A stretch of DNA of 52,230 nt, filler included, from Sphacelaria rigidula (Eukaryota), in assembly GCA_964200075.2 (NCBI GenBank). It is 4 parts of 4 records of this genome, joined end to end, with 100 filler letters (N's around TTAATTAATTAA, not from the genome) between each part and the next. Parts side by side here need not be neighbours in the genome. Positions count along the whole stretch, not along the records: positions 13,084 to 26,066 come from CAXNAA020003249.1; positions 26,167 to 39,149 come from CAXNAA020003250.1; 2 more parts are not named here. The stretch is one strand, 5' to 3'. How positions within the stretch are numbered: the first letter of the stretch is position 1; every line of letters begins with the position of its first letter. The notes under the pieces were generated by a model. The model had not been told where the DNA came from, did not search any database, and worked only from the letters and a program-made list of their open reading frames with translations. The translations under genes were made by a program, and so were the position numbers. Below, piece after piece: positions 13,539 to 26,844 of the stretch.

Positions 13539-14360
13539 GGCCGTGTCCTATCAGTTGTTTCCGACTCGAACGAGTTCGTGCGGCGGAATTGAGTAAGATC
13601 ACTGTGCTGTGCTTGGGTTCGAGCGAATTTGCAAGACTTGGGTCGAAAAGGCTCAACGAAATTTGTGAGGTGGTTCGTGTTTACTTGCACTTGATGCAGA
13701 CAGCAGTACAGGAAATACAGACAGTATAAATGCTGCCTGTGCACCGTGCATACGCGTAGTGTGTTTCGTACAGCATGCAGGAGCGATGTGGAAAAGAAGC
13801 GGGCAACGTGACATACTCGGCATACAGGAGGATGTAAAGAAGATCTGAATGACCTGCAGTTTTATACTGCCTCTACTGTCCATGAGAATGTCGCGATTCG
13901 GTCGCCCACCCCAACATGCAACTCCAACTCCATTTGTGGACCTTGCCACAAAATTAAATGCCCAAGTTTTCGTCAATAAAAAAAAAACATATCATGCCAA
14001 GAGGGTGGCGGTGTCGGTTCCCTCACTGGATGTATCCCTGTGCTACGCTCGTAATCTATGCTGCAGGGTTGAGTTGGTAGCTGTGAATGAATCCTGTGGG
14101 TTTTGCACAGTCCCGTGAAAAAGTGATATCTGGCATGGTTGTCTGCAACATGGGAGTCATGTACGCCTTCCTTCTTTTCCGCCGCTCGTTCGAGAAAGCT
14201 GAGCTTTTCTGTTTTTGATCCTGCCCGTCGCGTGCAAATTATTATAAAATTAAATCGACACCATCTAAAAACATAAATGCCGTCGACGTATCTGACAGGG
14301 CCTCGTAGCGACCAATTCGATTCGACCGGAAGTCGTTTTTGTTCTTCATGAGACACGGCC
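13539..14360. mobile_element. Non-autonomous PIF/Harbinger-like element
   Basis: tga|GGCCGTGTC...GACACGGCC|cga; interior homologous to ~50185-51045. Confidence 0.65.
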
Positions 14361-15145
14361 CGATGAGCGCCTGTTGTTCCAGTGGGTGGTGAAAAGTGGT
14401 TGCTAAGTGGGAACATTCTCTGTTTTGAAAGCGTCGAATCGATGCGTTCAACAGGGCGGGGACATATCTCAGGCCGTGATTTAGGAAAGTGTATTGCGAT
14501 CGACGAATGCGGCCGAGAGGAAAAATTCAAAAATTCCGATCTCAGAGATCGTTATGTCAACGTCATGTATGTCGAAATCACGACATGCCGGTTCGGAAAT
14601 CTTCTTCCCCACCTTGTCCCCACCGCCCTTTTTCGATCGAGAAAGTACGATGGGAAGGATATTGTTCGATTGGATAGGTTCACGTGATTCATTTCTTAGC
14701 TGGCTTCAAACCGAGTTTTTGATTGATTTGATTGATCGTCGCACTTTAACTGACCACCCATGGGTCAAGCCGTGGTCGCATTATAGACGTACCCAAGAAA
14801 AGCAAAACTGGAACACTCGTTCAAGAAAACGAAGGATTAGAAACAAGTCGAACATAACAAACTCTTATATCCGCGCGCGAGCGCAAGGGAAAATATTAAA
14901 ATATGCCGAAGATTTGCCTTTCAATCAAGAACATGCCGAGGAAGGGGGGCAAATCACTCCCATCTTGGAACCCATCACACCCGATACCACCCGTTCAGAG
15001 GCCACACAAGCGACTCAGCTACCACCGCAACCCTGTAGCATACAAGTATTATCTATCCGGTTCTAATCAGCAGATCTCGTCAAGTATATATGCCGCGCGA
15101 CACCCGTAAGATATTCAAGCAGCCATCAGCAGCGCCGTGACAGCC

Positions 15146-15526
15146 GTGTGTGTGTGTGTGTGTATGTGTGTGCGCGCGCGTTGTCGTCCCGTTTATTCTG
15201 GGCGCCGGTCTACACCTTTCGGTATAAGTGGGCGCACCAGCCGGGGTCACACAGGAGGAAGATCACAGGAGCTTTTTTCTCTTTTGTTTGTTTTTAGGAC
15301 CCCCTTCCCTTCTGCGGTGCTTGCCTTTATTTTTTATCGCGAGAGGGGTTCAGCAGCCCCTTTCCCTCGTCAACCGCTACGTCGAATTTTGTGTATCCAC
15401 GACATAGTCGCTCTCCACTGTTGGCCATGGTGTGAGAAAATAACCCAGATCGCTCCAAGAATTGAACCCACGACCCACCCGTCAAAAGGTGCTAAGGTTA
15501 CCAACTGAGTCACCGGGGCGACCGGC
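15146..15526 (-). mobile_element. tRNA-derived SINE, full-length copy
   Basis: Minus-strand head with A-box-like TGACTCAGTTGG and B-box-like GGTTCAATTC; (CA)n tail; homologous to 31905-32243 and 49704-50035. Confidence 0.85.
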
Positions 15527-18500
15527 ATTCGTCTAGGGACCAAAATCGTCGCGCAAATGTAGCACAGACAGTTTATGTAGTCAATAAAAGCAGCTCTTGT
15601 TCTTCACGGTCTCTTCTCTTATTCGTGTGCGCGAGGTTTGCGGGGAATTGTCCCCCATTCTTGACAGCCAACTGAAAACGGAGAGGACAACTTGGGGTTA
15701 ACACGAGCAACGCGCGTGGAACCGCGGTAGTGGGCTTGTCATGGTGGGGAGCAAGGTGTAATGTATATATATATATATATATATATATAATATCCATCGC
15801 CCCAACCATACCCGTGTCGGCACTCACTGCTGGTTCGATATACGTTAGCCCAAGAAGGTGCACCCGCCTCGCTCAACAATGACAGAATCGGGCTGCGATT
15901 ATATGCCAGGCCGCTTCTAATGGTCCGAAAAAATACATTTATCGGAAAAGCGTGAGTTTACCCTTCTGTTACCTTCGCCCGAGCAAGGGCTTTGCGGAGT
16001 CTGGTTCCCTCTCCTCCGCGAACATGTGATCTATTACCCAGGGGGATTCCGGCATACGTTTTATGTTCACCGGTGCACAAGGTTTCACCTTTGCCCGGAT
16101 CGGACATTTTTTGCGCAAATTACCATGAGCCATTCGCGCGGAAAGGTACCGAGTGTCTTAAAAAATTCCTGGAGTTTGAAGTTATGTCCGTGAAATTGCA
16201 AATCTGGACAAAAACATTGCCAACGAAAAGCGCAAGGGTGTCTCGTAGGTTATACTAGTAGGAGCTGGGCCAGCCTAGAAACGGATTCAAGCTCTCAGAG
16301 CAATATCTCATCGACGCAGACAAGTTGGGCCATGGTCCTCGTATTGTATCGATCGTCTAATCAAGGGGGAGGTGCTCATCTATCTGCTCAAAAACCTGGG
16401 CCAATATTTTCTCATTGATTAAGCCTCATGTCTGGTAATTCCTATACCGTACGGTGATAGCGTCCACACTAAAATCTGTATGAACCCCCGATCGATACAT
16501 TCAGCGGATGGCGATCTTATTCCTTGGAGCACAGGGAGACGATAGATACCCCCACCTTCACCTAATTCGTTATCTATCTCGAGATATGGCGCACATAAGT
16601 TTCCGTACTAAAATCAGTACATTACGAGAAGAGGCACTAAATGACCTAGCCACGGTCCACACAAAGTTTCAATACACCAACACAAAACGTGGGTTGGGAA
16701 GTGGCCTGCACAATACTGTTCCGAATTTCTTCTGACCCCGTCACTAAACGTCCCATTTACGGCCAATATTTATATTTAGGGTTGGACCCTGAAATTTGGT
16801 ACGGGCAATGGATAGGGCATAATGAAAACAAATACCAGTGCATACAAGGTTTTTTGTTCATGAATGAAGGGTATTTTGAGGATTAATCCCCTTAACTCGG
16901 CTGGCCCAGCTCGTATATATACACTGCGAGATGTTTCCGTCTACACGCAAGGGCCTTTTTGTGAATTGGCATCATCACTTCTACTTGAAAACGAATTACG
17001 ATGATACCGAGTGACAAAAAGACCCCTGCGCGCCAACACCATGTCTCTGAGAGCCCGGTCCCAAAATGGTTACATACCCGAATTTCAGCCAATATACCCT
17101 ACAGAACACAACCTTGCGAAGGTGCCCTCGAGCCGTCTGAAGGAGGACGGCAGGTCATTCAGACGTGTCCGAATCCGCCCTGAGCCTCTTTCCGAGCACG
17201 CGGAAGCATCAAATGGGCTCTTTTCTGGACAATGTTCTCTTCTAACTAGGAAGAGCAACGGACCTAACCTTCGGGTTTGCACCACTTTCGAGTAAAACCC
17301 GCATCCTTTTAGCGTCCGCCTATGCCTAAAAACACCATCCTCCACTAAATCGCGCAAGTGTACGAAAAATAATGAAATTTCGGGAGCGAATCCAGTAGCG
17401 CTCGAAGGGCGCAACAAAGTTTTGATTGACTGCGGTGATACGTTGGATCGGCATGGTGTCGATTGAGAAGTGAGTGCCATGACTGTGAGGGGACCGCACT
17501 TGGCGGCGAAGGATTCAAGATCGACCCCCGGATGGGCAATCCGTTGGATCGGCACAATTTAAAAAACATGACTAGAAGGTTGCATCCCCCACTTCGGCGG
17601 CCACAGGAAATTCTGCGATTCACCGTACTTGGATAGACAACTGATATTGACAGTCGTTCATGCAGTCAAAATGTGGTCGTTTCAGGAGATCCGCACGCAG
17701 CCGTGGGCGCGCAGTGAGTGTGAAAATACCTCGAACTCGGCTTTTGGCCGACACTTCTCGTGATTACGCGCGTGTTCTGTGTTTTTGACCCGCCTACCGT
17801 GGCGCATGGCGTACGCTGGGGTGGTGGTGTGTGCGAAGATGATTACTGCAGTTTTGGAAATACTGTGCTGTCTTTCATCTTGGCAGATAAATGTACAACA
17901 CCAACCCAACTTTCTTGACCCTTTGATTGCGAGCGATTGTCCACTTGTGAATTGACATCATTTTCACTTACAAAAGGAGAAGATGGATGCCAGGTCAATC
18001 GGACGGGACAACAACGAAGCCAACACAGCAATGACGACGATCCAGAGAAGGGGGTGGGGGGTGGGGGGTGAACCCCCCCGATGAGGGGTGTCGTCATGTC
18101 ATGCGGTGCTTGTCTTGATATGCCTGGTATACTTTTACGTATGGCTGTCCCTCGAGAGGTCGAAGGATAGAACCTTGCGATTCTCAGTTCTCTCGTTGGC
18201 CTTTTTGGCCTTGCATTTCGCCCGTAGTCGGACCCCATTTTCATTTCTACTTGGCCTCGCAAACTCGAGTTGGAAAGTCGGGCGCCACCCCCTGACGTTC
18301 CCATGGTCACCTGCGGCACCGGATCTTTCGAGTTTAGCCATATTTACTCTCTTCACTATTGATTCCTGTTTTGCTCGTATCTCGAGTTTTTTTTCCGGGC
18401 TTTTTTTTTTTTCAGTTTCCTCATACCTCAATATATATATAGGTACGAGAGGCTAGCTTGTGACCGCGGAAGGCGTTCGCATCAGATGCCCAGCACGAAT

Positions 18501-21500
18501 GTAACGCGTAGATATCGGAACGTTTTTCAAAGTGTAAAAACAAGTTCACAAATGGATAACCGCCCGCACTCAAAGGACTCACCCTTCCACCGCCAGGGTA
18601 CGTCATTTGTTGCAACGGCTTTCTTTTCACGTCAAAGCTGATAAAAGGTCTCAGGTAACCTGCGCTGGCAGCCAAAGGGTTGACTCTTCGAGCGCCCGAG
18701 ACATGGACAACACTCGAGTCTCGGGCTCATCTTTCAAGTTGTCATAATGCCGATTCAAGAGATGCACGGACCTGGGCAATCGATGTGTCTAGCACTCTCC
18801 CAAGCCTATTGTTGTACTACTGGAGTTGTACACTCTGCAACTGTACGCAGAGCCTGATGTGGCCATGTGACAACGAGTGGCCAGGTTGTGACAACAGTAA
18901 TCGTATGCATGGGAGTTTGATTTACCGATTGACAGTTCACGTCAATCTCTTTAGCGCCAGTAGTTGGACTAGCCGATGGACTAGCCGATTTGCACGAGAA
19001 CCCAATCGCATTCTCGAGACAGCTATTCCGCTCTGCCCAAAGAAACAGATAATGAAAACACTTGGAAGACAAAAATGGAAAGAACGAAAAAAAAGGGATA
19101 AAACGGAACAAGTAGAGCCATGAACCCTCCGACAGCTAGGGTGGGTCACCTCAACCTTTATCTCAATTCATCACGAAAAAATGATGCCGACTGAACCCGT
19201 TGACTACGAAGGGCTTGGGATCTTCACTGTACATCAGCATAGATGAACTCTGCGGATATATGGGTTGGGTTTGATCCCTTGAGACCAAGGACTCTTCCCG
19301 AGGAAAGGTGTTCGTGACAGGAAAAAAAGAGAGGTGAAAGCTGAGCATAGATATCCTAAAATTGAGCTGCTTCGAGGTCGACTGGCAACGACGACCATAC
19401 CCTTGACCGCAAGGGGTGATTTCCTGTTCAGTCGGTATCATATCTACAGGAAAATGAGTACGACTGGCATGACCAACTCTAGCGGCCAGAGTGGGTCATC
19501 TGTTGAATTGGCATCACTTTGATGTGGAAAATGAGTCCAAAAACTCAGCGAAAAAAGATACACTGCGGCAAGGCGGTAGCATTTAGATGCCAAAAAAAAA
19601 CGCGAGGACGGTGGACAACTTGGATAACGTATTACTTGTGGACATGGAACGCATCTCACCTTGAGAACAACGGACGGATCCATCCCGAGAGAAGCGCACT
19701 GAATATTGCCCGTCACGCAGCCAGCGAATCGGATCTGCATTTTTTCGCAGGCAACGTCTCCGATCAAAATGCCCTCGACGTACACCTGCGAGTAGGAAGG
19801 GATTTTCGTCGTTAGAGAAGTATGTACACGATGGTTGACTGTCCTTCCGGGCGATCAGTTATAATGTTCTCCGCATCCAGTGAACGGAAATTGGACATTT
19901 CCCCTGCCCACCGTCCTTATCTATTTGGCGAGTATGCTGCTTCCAGACGATTGTCCGACAGGGCTTTCCTCAACATATACGGTGATAAATGCCGTTCGTT
20001 GTACACGGCATACTCGTGAGCAACCCGAGGGCACGGGCACACAGTACCTCGATATGCCACATTCTTCCAAAAATAACAGATACTTTTGCATCCAGCCAAG
20101 TGCACCAGATGGTCAAAAACGGCAGAAAGAAAGTCACAAGTTGAATAACCCTATGCTCACAACATCGCATGTCCCCGAAGCTTTGGTGTGCACAGACTGC
20201 GTATCTGGTCCGGTTGCATTACCCACCACGTAATTACGTTGATTCACATTATATTTGATCAGGATGGTTCGAATGAATGTTGACGGTAAATGGTACGCAC
20301 CTCATGCAATCCTTTGAGGTTGCTGATAACCTCCGCCGTCGGACCAATGATTAGGCTTCCACTGCCAACAAGTTCCCCCTTCTCGCGGACAAAGCAGGAC
20401 ATGAGAACACAGGGGGCAAGTCGAGCGGACGTTTATGTGGAGGAGACGACTAGACAGGCGCTGTTGCTTGCTTTCCACCATGTTGAAATCGGTCGCCATC
20501 TCCTGCTCATCTACGATTAATGCCACAGGCGTCACCTTGCCCCTACTTGACCTGGGGAAGGGACAGGGCATCTGAAGGACTTTGCGGAACGTGACGACGG
20601 ACGATGGATGCCATTTGGGAGTTGAGCCGAACGACGGCAGGTGGAGGCAGTAAGCGAATTTGACAGGTTTGTCAAGGCAGCAGCTACTCACGACATCAAC
20701 CCGTTACCTTTTACCAGCCGTGCAGAGTTGTCAACGCGTACGGACTCGCCAACGGAAACAGTCATCCGTGGGTTTTGACTGCCGTAAAAATGAAACTTCA
20801 AAATTTCACGGCTGCACCCAAAGGATATTTATTGTCAGCACCCTTCCACTCCACGAAGAAAATGAATATCCGGCATTCACGTATCCGCGACATTTCAATA
20901 TGCAGTATGGACTTACCTCGAAGTGGCCATCGATGCGCAGGAGGTTTTTGAACTCCACCCGTCCTGAGACTACCAGTGTTTCGCCGATGACATTGTCGGG
21001 GGTCTGCATGGTGATGCTGGGAGGGCTCTCTGGTTTCCTCTCAGGAATGACCATACCATTCGCAGGTTGCTACATACCGTAGAAGAAAACGTGGTGCGGA
21101 ATGGAAGATCGAAATAGGGCAAGCTGTTTTCAAAACCATGAGGATGGGACGAAGATACAAGCAGACGCCCCCAGCTCTACCCGGCTTCTATAGAGAAATC
21201 ACTACGCCTGTATATGCCTCGCGCGCGACACCACAAACACAAAGCTCTCCTGCACGGACTGCGCACTTCCAACGAATGTAGTATAACTCGATCACATTTT
21301 GGGGTGGTCGATGCTCACACGACAGGGAAAAGGGGACGCGTAATTTCTGTTCTTCATCTCACCGCAATCGGTGCGCCGTTTGAATCGAGCATGCGCTTGC
21401 TGTTGGAGGAAACTGGGGCTCTTCCTTCTAAGGCGTCGCGTTCTGACTCTCTCCTGCGTAAGGAAACGCACATGGTTTATCGGTGGACATCAGTCAGCCA

Positions 21501-22944
21501 GCAGCAAAACTTCCGCCCAAGCCGCCACTCGTAACGCATGGCCCCGCCCCTCCTCAAGGTGGTGGGCGGTGTGTATGTACAACGCAGCACACCAAAAAAA
21601 TACTGCTGCCAACACCGTATCACATTTTATGCAGGGGTTACTTTTAGACCAGGTGCCGAGAATGAGGGGCAATGAAACTGAACCTCCTCTGTGCGCGTGG
21701 CAGGTAATTATACTCACCGACTGCTACCAAATATCGCCATGGGAGCTGTCTGTACTGTACTACTGTACTGTCCAATGTAGCGGACTGCACTTGTTGTACT
21801 GTACAGACTGATCGGAGTAGCGGACCGTCAGAGAGTGAATGTGTTGGAGTGTATTGGGGCGGGCGAAGGTTTTGGGCGCACGCAATATATGTGATTCATC
21901 CTCTGTTGTAACTTGCTCTTCGAAGGTAAACCGTGCAGACCATAATATATTCTTCATGTACACTGTCCGTTTCTACGTGTACAAGAAATAAGAGACCATT
22001 GGAGAGCTCCATGACTCGATATATTATGCTTACGACCGTACCTGGTGAGCTTCGTGAACTTCATGCCACCGGCAGACTATCACCTCGGAGAGCTCAGTCG
22101 ACTAGTCTTTGTGTGGGTGGGGTGAGGAGCCGGATTCACGGACAGTGTCGGCTGTACAGTCCACTAGTCCAGTTCAAATCACCACCTCACAACTGGTCGA
22201 ATACACCTCCGAAGATAAAGTACTGCAGTGACAACGAACGAAAAGTGTTGTGTGGGTGTCATAAATTGCAAAATTGTACCAGATACTTGTGTTTTTTTTT
22301 GTTTTCCAACGTCTCTCATATAACCTGTTCTTTATGTACACAATAGTCAGAACAGTACAACGGGACACCACACAGGAGTATATGACAATACAGTATGCAA
22401 CAGTATACAGGCCAATATGTAGTTGTACGCGAAAGGAGACGGTCTGGGAGTCTTCAGTGTTTGGAAATTGCTCCATTTTTCAAGTTGAAGATTCCCACTA
22501 ACAGTCTGCCACGCGTGCGATTGACGCGTCGGTAGAACAGCTGGCCGAAGTGATCAGGGCGTAAACTTGTCGATGTCCCAGTTCATGTTGTCTCAGGGCC
22601 GATTCGTTGAAGGTCGGACGTGGTCGCCATATTTGGAACGGTTTCTACAACCTCTTCAAGAAGCCAATTTCAAACTTCGACCTACTTTCAGCAGTGACAA
22701 GTGAAACAGCCAACACATTGAGACAACCATTTTTGTACCACATGTCTTCAAAACATCTTTTCAAAACGTATTATTTTCCAACTGGTCCACACCATTGAGA
22801 TCGAGGACAGCAATCATGAGAACAACCATGTGGGCGAAGAAAACAGTAGATGTATGGACGAGTAGACCTATAGCTTTGAGCCTATACCTATGGTTGACGC
22901 GATGAGTACTTGATTTTAGCCTCCAGAAAGTTTTGAGAAATTTC

Positions 22945-23118
22945 ATGGGTTAGGGCAGGGGAGCAGTGGACCCAGCTCGTCAAGAAGGTGTTCTTGTCCA
23001 AATGGGCGCCTGCGGGGTCGATTTGGGGTCTGCAAATGCACACCTTTCCCCGGGAATTTCGTGCACCCCGTTTCCCGAGGGTCTCGTATGCCTCGGGTTG
23101 GGGTTAGCGTTAGGTTAC
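22945..23118 (-). repeat. Dispersed element carrying telomere-like (CCCTAA)n, copy 1
   Basis: Reverse complement aligns with 24550-24740 and 25770-26066. Confidence 0.6.
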
Positions 23119-24178
23119 ATATCTCTGGGCAAAAGAGTGACTTTGGCTGGCTGCTGGAAAGCGTGTTTGTGTTAGTATGTTCGACAAACCAACCATAAAT
23201 TTTCGCCAAAGCTGTACGTCGAAGAAAAAGTCAACCACGGGGAAACAAATATATCTCCATACAGTGTATGTGGTATGTATATATGTATTTTGTCTTCCAC
23301 CACCTCCACCTCTCCAATATATCTCCTACGAGTACTTTTCTCGTACATCCTCCAAAATTTTGAATCTTCCAGCTCCAGGAAATTACAAATTCGCGAAAAT
23401 GAAAGTTGCACGCAAAGGGTATGACATGCTCCAATAGAATATCATACCCTTCGGTTGCACATCAAATGCTCCATATTTTCCCGATATCTTCGTACAAGCA
23501 CATATCTGCTGATCGAGAAATGGGTACCATACATGACCGCACTTCCGTTACGTACAGCTTGTCATCAGGACGCGATCATCGCTGAGGTGTGAGCTGGTAT
23601 CTTCGCGAATTCACAGCCACTTGAACAACTGGCACAATCATCCCTTGTGCTTTGATGTATCAACTTTCATCCATCAACCCTAAACCTGCAGGATCTGCTG
23701 AATCGTCACCATCAGTGGCTGAATACAACGGTAATACTAAACAGTCAGGGTACCATCGCTCTCCACTGAACACACAGTCTCCCACTGCTCGGTGTTGATG
23801 TCTCTGCCCAGTGTTCCGCGACATCACTGCAGACAGTAGTGCGAAGCTATGCTGGCACCACGAAGGGGTTCGGCACGCAGATGGCGAATACAGACTCCGG
23901 GCAGAGCGAGAATCTCGCCTTTTGCCCATACTTCTTACGGTTGAGTGCTCGATACGAAAATGGATCAACAGCTTCGCTGCGACGCTGAGACAAGAGTATA
24001 TACATACCATACACACAGAACGATGCGATACATGTTGTCTATAAGTACCAACCTGTAGAGTTTTTATAGTATAATATACTGTACGGACAGTTGTTGCACT
24101 GGCCACTGTTCGAGGTCTCAAGTTCGCAACGCAACCAGCCGCACTCAGGACTCAAGTGTTGCATGGTATTATTATGAA

Positions 24179-24373
24179 GGCGTGTTTTTTAGCACATTAG
24201 TTTTCGATCATAATTGTGCGGTGGAAGACAAAAATCCCGATCTGATAGGTCGTAATTTCAACCATCGCTGTTAATTTTGAAAGATGATTGAAATCATAGC
24301 CCATCAGGTCGGGATTTTTGCTTTCCGCCGCACTTTTTCAATCGACAACTACGGTGATGTCCTAGACACGGCC
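24179..24373. mobile_element. Palindromic PIF/Harbinger-like MITE
   Basis: GGCGTGT...AAAAATCCCGATCTGAT / ATCAGGTCGGGATTTTT...ACACGGCC|tta; right end matches that of 13539-14360. Confidence 0.7.
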
Positions 24374-24549
24374 TTATTGTCGCACTTTAACTGACCCCCC
24401 AGGAACCCAGCCGTGGTCACGTGATAGACGTGCCTAAGACCAATTATTTGCCTGAAAAACATATTTTTCTGCGGACTTGACGCCGTTTTTTGGAGTTATC
24501 CTGAGATATTGAGGACTGTTTGTGGTCGGGAACACCAGTAGTTTGTACT

Positions 24550-24740
24550 ATGAATGAGGTGCCGCCAACCCTGGTGCTAACCCTAACCCTAACCCTAACC
24601 CTAATTCGGACAAGACACAATCGAATCGTTGGGCGCGTGGGGTGCAGAGGGTGTGCTGGGGAAAGTGTGCGTACTGGCAAACTACAAACGGGCGCTTGTA
24701 GCACCGATTTTGAATGAAAGCACGTTCTGGACAAGCTACA
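24550..24740 (+). repeat. Dispersed element with ~4 perfect CCCTAA units, copy 2
   Basis: CTAACCCTAACCCTAACCCTAACCCTAA at 24577-24604; shares CACGTTCTGGACAAGCT with ~26033-26050. Confidence 0.65.
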
Positions 24741-24914
24741 ACTAGTCCATTATAGTGTTTACCAACATACTGTAGGGCTAAAACACGTTCATGGTTGTTA
24801 GTACTTGATTTGAGTGTCAAAAAAGAGAATCGGATCTTTCAATGGAGTGACAGTCCCGTGTGCTAAGGGAGCGCCCTGTATCTCTCTTACCCGAGGCTGG
24901 AGGGTTCTCGATAT

Positions 24915-25707
24915 GCGTTGGATTGGATAGGCCACAGCTACTGAATCGCGGCATCAATATTCACTTCGAAAAAGTGTGCGTAATCCAGACAGACAACCCG
25001 CACCGCGGTCCATGGGTTACGGTTGTAGGGGTAGCGATAGTTGTAAAATGTGTCAACTATGAACATACTTCATAATTTAGCCCAACGCTAGTAGTTACCC
25101 TTAGACTGCGATGCGGGTAGTCCACCTGGATCTCGCACACTTTTGCAAGTGAAATTGATGCCGATTCAGCAGGTCGCCTACCGTGGCGGTCAAAGTGTCA
25201 AACCTTAGACCCCGGTGCGGGTAGTCCATCTGGATGACGCATGCTTCTTTGAAGTGAATAGTGAATACTGATGTTTTGATGCCGATTCAGCAGGTGACCT
25301 ACCCTCGTGGTCGAAGGGTTATAACCCTTTGACCGCTATGGTAGTCCATCCGGATCATGCATACGAGCATCTTTTTTCCAAGTGAAATTCATGCCATATC
25401 AACAGATGACCTACTCTAGCTGTCCAATTAAGGCTTAGACCGCGATCGAGGGTAGGTCACCTGCTGAATCGGCATCATCTTCACTTCATACTACTTGTAG
25501 TTACTTGGACCGGGAGCATAGTCCATCTGGACCACGTACACCTTTTTCAAGTGAAGATGATGCTGATTCAGCAGGTGACCTACTCTCGTCGTCTAGGGTT
25601 AACCCTTCGACCACGAGGGTAGTCCATCTGTATGATGCATACTTTTTTTCAAGTGAAATTGATGTCGATTCAGCAGGTGACCTTCCCTCGCGCGGTCTGA
25701 TGGTTAA
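24915..25707. repeat. Cluster of ~7 piggyBac-type ~100-bp MITE units
   Basis: Repeated CCCTTAGACCGCG...AAGTGAAATTGATGCCGATTCAGCAGGTGACC...CGGTCTAAGGG units, two inverted; GGG-TTAA-CCC junction at ~25596-25605. Confidence 0.8.
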
Positions 25708-25873
25708 CTAGCCTCACTATTTTGAAGGAGGCCTCTTGACCCACTGGTCGGAAAAAATGGTTGATGCGAATAATGAGGCGCCTCCTACATACCTCGAACG
25801 CTGACCCTAACCCTGACCACGGCGAAGACATACCGAGAACCCTCGGGCGAGGGGGGTGCAAAGTGCTCCTTAA

Positions 25874-25971
25874 CCCTTAGACCGCGAGATTAGTCTTTCT
25901 GGATCACGCATACTTTTTTTCACTTGAAATTGGTGCCGATTCAACAGAAGACTAACCTAGCGGTCTAAGGG
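25874..25971. mobile_element. 98-bp piggyBac-type MITE with TTAA TSD
   Basis: TTAA|CCCTTAGACCGC...GCGGTCTAAGGG|TTAA; interrupts the third copy of the CCCTAA element. Confidence 0.9.
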
Positions 25972-26166
25972 TTAAGCACAGTGTGCGTTTCCAGAGCTCA
26001 AATAGATGCCTTTCAGCCGATTTTGGAACAAAACACGTTCTGGACAAGCTGGGTCTATTGCTCACCNNNNNNNNNNNNNNNNNNNNNNNNNNNNNNNNNN
26101 NNNNNNNNNNTTAATTAATTAANNNNNNNNNNNNNNNNNNNNNNNNNNNNNNNNNNNNNNNNNNNN

Positions 26167-26240
26167 CTCCGCCCCGGCATTGTAGGGATGCGAGGTCAAT
26201 GGTCTGATGACTATGGCACGCATGATCATGAGTACACCCC
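26167..26240 (-). repeat. Copy of GGGG-TACTCAT/GACGGAGC family, truncated by gap
   Basis: Reverse complement matches 29968-30043. Confidence 0.8.
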
Positions 26241-26844
26241 ACGTCAGCTACTGACGGCGTCGGCACGCACAAGTGAGTACAAAGAAGAAAGCAGCAATGG
26301 AATAGGGCCGAAGTGGGAGGCATCCAGAGACCTCAAGAATATAGCACGTTTCGTAGTTTGCAGCCTCCCATCCCGCTATTACCAAAATCTCGTACCAGCC
26401 CCTCTCAGACACGAAGTGCAAAACAAGACCGTGAGCGGGAAAGACCTGCCCAACACGGTCGCGGAGGGAAACTCAATAGACATCAACAGAACAAAGCTTC
26501 CACGTGAAACATTGTCAATTCCCCCTCCCTCGTTTCTATCTTACACAGATGTCCTCCCCTTTGTTCTTTGATCTTGAAACCCCACTCACTGCCAAACCTT
26601 TCCCACACCAATTTCCGTTCCTCCTTGTAATCTTGAACTATCTGCCAACGTCCATATCTACTGATGCACTTCTTACCCTTTTCATAGTTTAGAGGTACAC
26701 TTCAAGCCCATGTACGCAATGTTTCGCGGTCTACAAAGGAAGCTGCCCGCCAATAAAACTCCGCCCGCCCCTTGCGCACAGATACCTCACTCGCACCGTC
26801 GCTTTACCGGATACCAGCAGGAAAAAAAGCGTGCACCCATCCTT

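Noticed and set aside
24577-24604. True telomere
   Set aside because: Only ~4 units, internal, and part of a dispersed repeat
25095-25707. CRISPR-like or ncRNA array
   Set aside because: Units are whole MITE copies with TIRs and TTAA junctions; solo copies exist elsewhere
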